Part shown: piece after piece, positions 54,601-64,000 of the stretch
Numbering within the stretch: the stretch's first letter is position 1
How the letters are laid out: each line of letters starts with the position of its first letter
NCBI GenBank assembly: GCA_964035545.1
Contig: OZ037765.1
Span: 28,705,504 to 28,769,503, forward strand
Length of the DNA: 64,000 bases
Direction of reading: 5' to 3'
Source: Bugula neritina
Lineage: Eukaryota > Animalia > Bryozoa
Translations under genes and position numbers: made by a program
The notes under the pieces: model-generated
Told to the model about the DNA's origin: nothing
The model's input: only the letters and a program-made list of their open reading frames with translations
Databases searched by the model: none

Positions 54601-56596
54601 ATAAAGGTAGCATGTCATTCATTACTTGTTATGTCAATAAAAAGGTTTTTTGCATGGTTTGAGAAACTAGGTTTTTTGCTGTGAATTTTTTGCTTGAATG
54701 TTTTTGCTGTCGGTGATTTGTTCCTTCACCTTTGGTTGTTGTAGCAGCACCAGAGCTGTAGGCAGCCATGTTCTGTTACACCAGTATCTGTGCGAGGTGG
54801 TTGTGTGAATGTCTAATCTTCTTACTCTTTGTCGGCTGATTGCCATTAGACAACCAGACAAAATACTAATGAAGATGTGATTGACAAATGATAAAGCCTT
54901 CAACTATGCCTGTAGTTATGTGGTCAAATTACAAATCACGTCTAACCTCCACCATCAGTCTATCCACTCACTAATGATGCTGGTTTATTTATTGAAAGTG
55001 AGTTCTAGAATCTAGATACGTAGAGTTGAGTGAATCAACTGTCTGGACTTGAAATGTATGTACTGCCCTCTACAGCTCAGTCTAGCCAACTGCAGCTCAC
55101 TAATTGCTTATTAAGAGGTTGTTTCCACGGTTGAACCTGCATGGTGAACAAACTTGAAATTCAATGTAGTGAAAATGTTGAAGGAAAAGCACCTCAGTTA
55201 ACTCAGTTTGTTGACAAAGATTCACCTGACCATGCGTGTTGTAAACTACCCCCAAATTTCTAGAAGCCTAATTTAGAGAAAGGCTGTAGCAAAATGAAGC
55301 TGATTGTAAGGCCAGGGGAAGGGAAGATAATATAATTATGTGTCTAGTATATTTTCCATTTCAGTTCAGTGTGCATATTCCTCTGTAATTAAATAACCCG
55401 TTCCTATAGTTGAAGCCCAGTGTGCGAAAGCGTGTGCCTTCAGTTTCATCAGGGAAGGTTTCGCTACTGCGAAATGTATTTAGTATCTAGTAGTGAGTTG
55501 GTAGTTACGTGTGTGTACTAAGAGCCCGTCTCACTCGGCAGTGCACTCAGGCTACAACCGGAAAGAGCTATATGTAAATTTAGAAACTTGACCGTCTGTT
55601 TTGTCCACTTCATAGACCTGTCTACAAAACAAATAGCTGTCTGGTCACCGTCTGGCTATACTCCCTTGGGTTCTAGCTTCAGATGCATTTGTAATTAGTG
55701 CAATATGCATGGGTGGGTAAATATAGATTATCAGCGTGACTACATTCAATCCTGAATTATGACATTATAATTACGGTATTAATGAATATTTTTTTCTAGA
55801 CTAGCTTTGCCAGCTGCTGCTAGTCAAGCATACACCTGCCCACCTAGTATTATATCTATTTAGTGCGATCTCTCTTTTAACAGTAGGACAAAATATCCAC
55901 CCAATATGCATGCCTCTAGTGTTGATATCAGTTCTGTGCACTTGAGGTTTCACCTTGCCCACTCACTAGAGGGCATTAGATTACCATCACTAGCCATCTG
56001 AGATTGCTTTGTAGTCTAGAAGATTTCTTGGTTTTAAAAAATATTTGCCCTTACATTTAGTTAAAACCTACTTGCTGTATCCGTACTTCATCTGTATCCG
56101 TGTTAGTTACTCCATCAAAACTGAGATGGGTTGTCTATGTACGTTATAGTTGGTGATGTGCTGCATTGCTGGGTACAAACTAATTTGAGAATCTGATTTG
56201 TAGAAATCTGCCCGCCGTCATATGCCTACCAAAAGTAGTCCTTACACAACTACTACTCAAGACAAAGATTTAGAACACACAAGGGTTCAGACAGAATTGT
56301 CAAGGATGTTAGATAATTCTAGAATACCAAGAGGCACAGACGGAGACCTGGGTTATCGGCAATATCAGTATGAACTGGTGCAGGCTCGTAAATACGATGA
56401 AGCACATAAAACAGACTGCACCACCCCACCAAACATGACTCTAACTAATACAAGTGCAGATCAAAATTGCTCATATTTTGCAAATCGAGGAGAATCTTCG
56501 GGACCTCCTTCCTACTCCCATTTCAGTGCATCACCATCTTCCGGAGCTAGTCACAACCTGCCTACCTATGATATGGCAATGAGTAGTAATCGGTGA
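51617..56596 (+). CDS. Uncharacterised 164-aa predicted N-myristoylated, PY-motif protein (2 exons)
   Basis: Exon 51617-51718 (MGQSESRASATTGRNTKSKSETGGERFHKSPAKK, donor AAG|gtaggc) joins in phase 0 to 56204-56596 (acceptor tttgtag; KSARRHMPTK...GPPSYSHF...NLPTYDMAMSSNR*), which contains the longest non-repetitive ORF in the track. Extra internal exons cannot be excluded. Confidence 0.7.
53750..54900 (-). mobile_element. Highly decayed non-LTR (LINE) ORF2 endonuclease-like relic
   Basis: Fragmentary minus-strand peptides SMQSLPTNKKDL (like N-terminal N.RSL.NK..L), LDY and PLIISDNHKAITW (like the APE C-terminal SDH motif); many stops and frameshifts. Confidence 0.35.
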
Positions 56597-59299
56597 CAGT
56601 TGCGGCTAGTAAAGCCGTGCTCATTTTTAAACTCTTGAAATATCCTTCGTTGTTTTGTAAATATATAGCGGCACTGGAGTCTCGTCTTCATAGAAGTACT
56701 GCTGACTGCATAGACAGGGCTCCAGGCAGAGGAGACAACACCAGTAACAGCTAACCCCTTGTATATATACTGTGTCTGGGTATCTATTGGTTGAAGCATT
56801 GTATGCAGCTAAGCTGACTTTAGTGAAACAGTATTATAGGAGTAAAATATCTGTACTCTTTAAACTTCTTGTTATGAACATAATTATTATCCAATATATT
56901 TTATTACATAAGTTTATGGTTTTAAAAGTTATGTTTTTTCTGTGAAACAAATTTTATTGCATTGGTTGAGAAGTTTTTCAGCTTTCATTTTCTTGGCCTT
57001 TTCCTTTAGTCTACTATACTTTGTTGTTTCTTTAAATTCAATATTTTGAACTGGAGATATTTGTTAACTGCTGATAAATTATTGACAGTATAGATATAAT
57101 AGGCGAGTAGGCCAAACTCAGAGTTGTGTGCTCATTGTTTTACAAATAGAATCTTCCATTGTTGAAAAACTGGGAAATGATATTACTTGATATATTATCA
57201 CCAAGTATATTGTTTTTGGATATGACAAATATCACATCTTAACTGTGGAACTTTAAGTTGGAATTTTAAAATTGATACAATCTAAATAACCTAACACTGA
57301 TGCCATTCAACTCAACTGGATTAAATGGTAGTTAGAACATAAAAGTAGGAAACATGCTACTTCAGCCAGTGTAGGTTCGAAAGAAGATAGAATTGCATTG
57401 CCAAAAGTTAATATGATGCCTAGTTTGTTAATCAGAGGGGAGTAGCACCACCAACCAGATTGGTTACTGGAATGGTTCATTCATTGGTTGCAGTCATGAG
57501 ATTAGGAATTTGAAATTTTCCACAAATTGACAACAGCTTTTGATCAGATAGTGATGTTTATTCTAGATACTGGACAGACAGACAATTTGCAGTATTGATC
57601 TTTATCCATCATTAGAATTCAAAAAGTGTAGATGGCATCATAGATTTAATGAGCACATTAAGTAGCAACTCCATAATCTATGCTCAAGTGCCTAACGTCT
57701 GTAATTATTAATGAAAATAAATTAATACCTGAGTAATAAATATAATAAACATTGTTAGGTGCATGCACTTAGCTTGTATTCTATATAGTTCTTTATCTAG
57801 TAACACTGGAATAACTACCTCCTAGCATGATTTTTAATGAAATAATGTGATTCTAGACTCTATCTTCTGCATTACATCATAAATGTAGCTCTAACTCCAT
57901 TCTCACGGCTGCAGCAAATCATCTAACATTCTAGTTCCATAACAATAAATCCTAACTGAATTACACAAATGATTGTAAGTTGATGGCACCATGTCTAGAC
58001 TGGGCTATATTATACTGTGATTTATTAATTAATATACCATGGTAGCTAGCTTTCATCCATTATTCTAGTATGAAATATACATGCAACTCAAGTGCCTGTT
58101 GGAATTTGAAACCAGGAGAGCACTATGTTAATATATTGCTTGTGCTCCAACTTTAAATTGATCATTCTCAATTAAATAAAATCAATTATGGTAATAGAAG
58201 TTTTCTATGCAGTTTTTTAAAACAAATGTTGCCACAAAGTAGATGTAAATATGAGATTATAAAAAGAAACTCAGAGGAGCCAGCCACCTTAACAGATATA
58301 TTGTAGCTTATCACACCTGCTATGACCACTTACTAATAACCATAGTTGCATGGCTGAGCACTGGATTGCTATTTTATGTTGGTCTCATTATTTATTTGCA
58401 CCACAAATAGAAGATATTGAAATATGTAAATTAATGCCATGGAAATCAGTACCCATATCTACCTTAAGTGCATGAAGCTGGACCAAATAAGTAATAATTA
58501 TGAACTATGTATATTTAAGCATAGCTATTAGATTTATGCTATGGAGCTTTCAACAACTTTAACATTAGTTTCAAATGTGGCTTTAAATTCTGGGTCAAAT
58601 GATAAGTTTTTCTTTCACAAAGGTTGAAAGTGAGTAGTAGTAGCATGTATAAGGAATAATGCACGAGTGGGGATATTTTCATTTAACTTAGGCTTCTAAA
58701 ATTAAATTTGACATTTAGCTTTGGGATGCTGTTTCTTGACTTCACAGACAAGCAGCTTATCTACTTGTAAATACCAGATAGAACTAGACAGCTCTATACA
58801 ATAAGTAACTCAGTCTATCACAGCACTCAACAGCAGCATTAATCTAGGTCTACATTATAATTTGTACCAATACACTTCAGCATATTACTAACAACACAGT
58901 GTACAATTATTATGCTAGTATTTTGACACTTGCTTCTATTTTTAAAAAAAAAGTTCTAATCAATATATGTTATTTTAACATGAAAGTGAGCAGTATGATT
59001 TGGCACATGTACATGTACATTTGCATGTGTAATATATAATACAAAGTATAGTGGGCAAAATATAGATATATATATATATAATACTATGTTGAAGTAATCG
59101 GCTGTTACCCATGAAGTAATAGTATAAGATCTACACTTTAGTCATCCTATTTCATCGTTTGTCTACTGGTAGAGTGAATAAGTGAAATGCCATTTTTAAA
59201 GCATAGTATGCTTTTAAAAATTACCATGAGTTATATGGTAGTGATTGCTAAGCTGATCTCAATTTTATACACATTTCACTGCATATATTATCTTCGAAG

Positions 59300-60050
59300 T
59301 CATAGTTATTCCAACTTTTGCTAAAGAGGAGACAACTTCATGTGTTGAACTGATTTCTAAAAGTGAAGATGATTGTATAACTACCAGCATATTGATACAA
59401 TTGTCTGGGTAAAACCGCATCTGCTAGTATCTTGTAAGAATGTGATGACGAAGCTTCTGTCTGGGTTTGGCTGCTGCTGGTGGTATGTACTGACAGCGTA
59501 AATACTTCTCATACCTTCTTGTCTTCACTCTGGCGGTGGATAGGTCATGCAATAAAACGACCTTGCTTAGGTCTGCTGACAAATTGTTGAAACTTGTGCA
59601 CAGATTTTAAATATGTAAAGTGAACGAGGAGCTACTTAAGATTTTGGCATTGTTAAAATGGTATCAAAGAGATTTTTTTAGTTCTTTCCTTTAGTGGCTC
59701 CACCTATCATGATATAGAAGTGTGACAGCTCAGTTTACAGCTCCACGAATGGTACAAGTGATGGATGGAGTCAGCAAAGGAAGTAACTAAAAGACCCCTA
59801 GTACACGGTTTCATCATTCACTTGTCATGCATTAGTAGGAGTTGTGTCTGGCTGTGCAGGGATATTTCAATAATATAACATTTTGTTGCTCTAAACTTTC
59901 TAGCTATAGAACTATGGGACTGTTATCTGGTGATATTAACTATCTAGGGAAGGTCCAGGTGCTATTAGATGAGCTGGATAAGAGGATGGTGCATTTGTAG
60001 ATGTTATAACAACTAGTGTATGCCTAGAGTCAAGTGCACATCATGTAAGT
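59300..60050 (-). mobile_element. Highly decayed LINE reverse-transcriptase C-terminal relic
   Basis: Minus-strand fragments KFRATKCYII, a frameshifted YLGV-like segment, P..VK.K and RSFV occur in the order expected for CR1/L2-type RT tails. Confidence 0.3.
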
Positions 60051-60579
60051 GTGATAGAGTAGATACTGCAACAATTTTGTATTTTTTTAATGTATTTTAC
60101 ATATTAAGGTTTATTCATTTAATGTCTAGTAAACAGAAATGCTTTCCAGTAGTTTTATATTTAGAAATACCAATTAGGTTACATGCTAGATTGTCTTGGA
60201 ATTATATAAAATAGATTACTGCTGTTGTCAGCTCTAAACCGGGAATTATCAATTTAGAGATAACAAAATTGATAAAATGTGAGCGAAATATTCCCAGTTT
60301 TTACCACAAAACACATTAAATTTCTGATGTCTACATGACATTGATTCTACTATAATTCATATGCTGGGTAATGTGTCGTAGATCAATTTAAAAAATTGTG
60401 GTAAAATTACTTACACAAAAAATATTCTAGCTCTTTTTTACTCCATTTACAAGTGGGTATATACTATCAAGGTTTAGGATTTCTCATCAACCAGCAGATT
60501 CATGAGCAGTTCACGGCTAAGTTCTCACACTAGTTTTTGACCAGTCTGCCCATACAGGACTGCAGCAAGTATTGCCAAC

Positions 60580-60587
60580 TATAAAAA
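60580..60587 (+). promoter_or_regulatory. TATA box of the secreted-protein gene
   Basis: TATAAAAA about 185 bp upstream of ATG 60766. Confidence 0.45.
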
Positions 60588-60765
60588 CCTAAATTGAGAC
60601 ACTGCAAAGAGCCGCAGCTGGAGTTGCTAATTATAATTGCTGTCCTTTTTATTTGAAGTCATCACTGCAAAACCGCAGACTGATTATTCTTCTTGTGTTC
60701 AAAATTCTTAGAAACTGCTAAAGTTTTCTCATACACATCGATGGGAAACAAATTGTGACTCAGTA

Positions 60766-63700
60766 ATGAGCAAGTAATTATATTTGTGGAAAAAGTGATG
60801 CCCACAAAGATTCTGTGTTTAATCAACTTCTTCACAAACGTGTTCCATAACCTTGTGTGGTATTTGTACCCATTTAGTGACCGAGTTTAGGGTGATATTA
60901 CTAAGTACAAACTGACTTTTATAAATTTCAGGGATTCCAAGTTGCTAGCATTGCTTGTGGTGATTGGTTTGGTGTCGTGTGTGACTAGCACTTACCAACC
61001 AGGTAAGTTTATTTTAGTTATTAGTGATGATCTATTATTATGGTGAAAGGAATTTTGTTACTTGGTGACCCTGTGGCAGTTTTGGAGCATAAAAATTAAT
61101 TGTTTGTACTTTCAGACAAAAATTCTAGTTTCCTGTAGTCTGTAGGTGATTATTATTATAAAGTATAGAATTAAGGAATAATATATAGCTAATGAGTCAA
61201 CGTGTCAAAATATTTCAACCAAGCCAAAACAATCTGAGCTGGCATTTTTATAATGTTGATGAACAGCCATGTTCTGTCTGTTTTCAAACATGAAAGAAAA
61301 TAGCCAATATAGGGTGACATCAAAATGCTTGATTCCAAATAGACTAGAATTGCTTACTGGATGAGCCAATCATTAAAATATTGTTATTTCATATCAGGAA
61401 CAAAGCAGACACACAGACAGCAATACGTGCAGTAAAGTCTAGACACTGATAGTATATATATAAATTATAAATAAACTCTGGTGGCTTGATGAGTACTATG
61501 GTTGGTTTATATGGGGAAAACTATTAATAAACGTCTAGCTCTGTGAAAGCTTAGAGCATGCTGGTTTAGCTAATGAATTCGCCAAAGGATTTTAATTCAA
61601 TTAGTAGATTGAAGACATTTCAAATGATATGCTGAGCAGTAAAATATGAGATACCGATATATATTTATTAAAAAATTATAAATATTTACCGGCTTTTATA
61701 TTTAAACTTCTTACTAAAATCTTAATGAAATAACTGCAACTTGTTTTTACTATATGCTAGTAGTTTAATATGTAATTTAATTAGGACTATTAGATGATTT
61801 TTTTTTTTTCTAAAAGGGTGCATAATATTATTTGTAGGAAAATATTTTAAATAAAAATGATTGCACATTAAATTATCCATAGCAACCTATTGCTGTTGTG
61901 ATTTGGAATCTACATTTCTATTCAGATGGGGAGTTTTTCACTTTTTTGTGAAAATAGACAACTCCAACATGTTATATAGATCCACTGAAGCAACTAATAT
62001 AACCTACATGTATGATTTATGAATGTTACTGGATGTAAAAATGAATGAACTATAACTTTAGTTTTAGTTCATTGGTAAAATTACAATTTTAAATTACTAT
62101 TTAATATAAATAAAATGTTAACCTAATTTGACATATAACATGCATACAACTTTCTGCTTATTAACCAAAAAATTTTAATAAAATAAAACATTTTGAATAA
62201 TATTTTCATCTATTACCTACATTAGTATGCAGATATGTGTGTTGAAAAAGTAATTGTCTTCTCACCAAACCTATATTTGTGAAGAAATTTAAAAGTTTAT
62301 CACCTTTCATCTCTGACAATTTTCTGTTGTATAGATAATGGCTTGAAGAAAAGAGAATGGGGCTTTTCAAACCTCAATAAGAAAATGGAAGAACTAAGGC
62401 AGAGACTGAAATATATGAAAACCAAGCTGAAAGACAAACTGAGTGAAATAGCTAAAAAAACCGCAAACATATCAAATCACATAACAGTTGGTGGAACCAG
62501 TGATGGGAATAAGCAGGTGCTATATTCTATAAATACCCTGGCAAATTGATTTCCGTAAAATTAGCAGATAATACACTATAAATGGAATAATAATATGTAA
62601 AATTTACTGGTTGAACTATTAATGTATGTTTTGCTAGCTTAGGAACATCTGCCTCAAGTTGGCTCAGCTATTATTGCCAGCATTACAGCCTGACCAAATG
62701 CAAATGCTGTTTTAGTGGGACAACTCTACATGTGTTTGCTCTATAATATATTCAATACACAAGTTTGTCTTTTCTAAGGTTTCTAATCTCTCTGTAGTTT
62801 GTTATGTTGAATATTTTCACTTGCCATTAACTTCTGCAGTTGGATTTTTATTCTCTACTGAAGTTCTTCATATATAATATAGAAATATACAGTCAGTTGT
62901 AACAAATGTAATTATTTTGACATGCTTTGGTTAATTTGTACAGATAAATATACTTTGTGTTATTGCTGTTCACCATATTCAAGTATATTATAGTACTGTG
63001 CTTGTAAACTTCTTGCTTATCACATGTTTTGAATAAATGACTTTGAAGTTTATTTTTAGCATATCTGGGCTGGACATGGCTCCATTCTTGTGATAAACAG
63101 TCGCGGATACATCGAAAGCTCCTCAATGGATACCAGCAGGATTGGTGCTCCTGTCCCGGTGACCGCAATCGACCTCACTGCTGACCTTGACTTAGTATGT
63201 ACCTCATAGTAGATCTCATATGTACTTTGTAATAGGCCTCACTGATGACCTTGACATAGTATACATGCTATATTAGATCTCAATGGAGAAATTGACATGC
63301 ATGAGTATAATATGTTAAAGGTGGGGGAAATTCTGAACCTTTTTCAATATTTTTACATCAACAGATTTTCACATTGCTAGATGCAAACCTCTGGCCTTAC
63401 ATTTCATACCATAAAAGTTGCTGTTGATATTAAGCTTTTGTAACTTAAAATAAAAATTCAATATTTTATGCATTTTATGCACCCTAGTCAATGTTTCACC
63501 ATGTTCATGTGTTGATGAGATATCAACATGATATAAAATGATCAATTCTGCTACTTGTCTAAAAAGTGTATCATTAATACATTCATTATCATATATGGAT
63601 ATAAAAATTGCTTAATATTTATTTTTTATTGCGAATTTAATAAAGAAAATGCTTTTAATAATAATAAATTTTATTTCCTTTAGAAATTATAACCCCATTA

Positions 63701-63980
63701 TAGAGATATTTCTGTTTTTTTCATAACAATTACTGTTTATGCCCTAGCAAATGCACTTATGTAGAATCTTTAACAAACTTTTCTACTGACTTTTATTCAG
63801 GCTACTTGTATGGACATCAACGTGCTTTCTGTCCAAGTTGCAGTCTGTGGTAGGGGAGGGCGATGCAAGACTCTGACCACGCCCTCTTCAACTGCCAAAG
63901 TATGTCCCGGATCAGTCAGTATTTCATCAGGCTCAAGCCATGTTGTCCATGGAAACAGTGGTAGCATCATGTTTGGATAA
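60766..63980 (+). CDS. Uncharacterised 146-aa secreted precursor (signal peptide, KKR site, cationic helix, 4-Cys domain)
   Basis: Exons 60766-60773 (ATG AGC AA|gtaatt), 60932-61002 (DSKLLALLVVIGLVSCVTSTYQP|gtaagt), 62335-62516 (DNGLKKREWGF...GNKQ|gtgc), 63801-63980 (ATCMDINV...SIMFG*). Phases 2/1/0 are compatible and total 441 nt. The first exon and the end of the last exon are less certain. Confidence 0.72.
63175..63283. repeat. Imperfect ~63-bp tandem duplication containing TGACCTTGAC
   Basis: ctcactgctgaccttgacttagtat...tagatctca and ctcactgatgaccttgacatagtat...tagatctca. Confidence 0.6.
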
Positions 63981-64000
63981 AATAATTGATATCATTTTGT

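Noticed and set aside
51617-56596. Domesticated retroviral Gag origin for the MGQ...PPxY protein
   Set aside because: Only short linear motifs are shared; no capsid, matrix or zinc-knuckle signature is visible and the gene has a spliceosomal intron.

Overview
AT-rich, intron-rich animal (invertebrate-like) nuclear DNA; the supplied ORF track is mostly uninformative because the genes are spliced. Manual exon assembly gives three recognisable genes: a TOM1/TOM1L2-family VHS-GAT endosomal adaptor (minus, 1655-14874), ATPAF2/ATP12 (plus, 18321-20752, divergent from TOM1), and CIMIP1/C20orf85 (minus, 34540-38786, with RFX-like X-boxes upstream). Two further spliced genes could be assembled with phase-compatible GT-AG junctions but I do not recognise them. 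One is a 164-aa predicted N-myristoylated protein (MGQSES...) with PPxY and LPxY motifs behind a promoter with CLEAR/E-box sites (51617-56596). The other is a 146-aa secreted precursor (signal peptide, KKR, cationic amphipathic helix, 4-Cys domain, terminal Gly) behind a TATA box (60766-63980). The rest is interspersed repeats (MITEs, a tRNA-derived SINE family, a deleted pogo-like element, BEL/Pao gag and LINE relics) and mini/microsatellites. All coordinates and translations were read by hand and no database searches were run.
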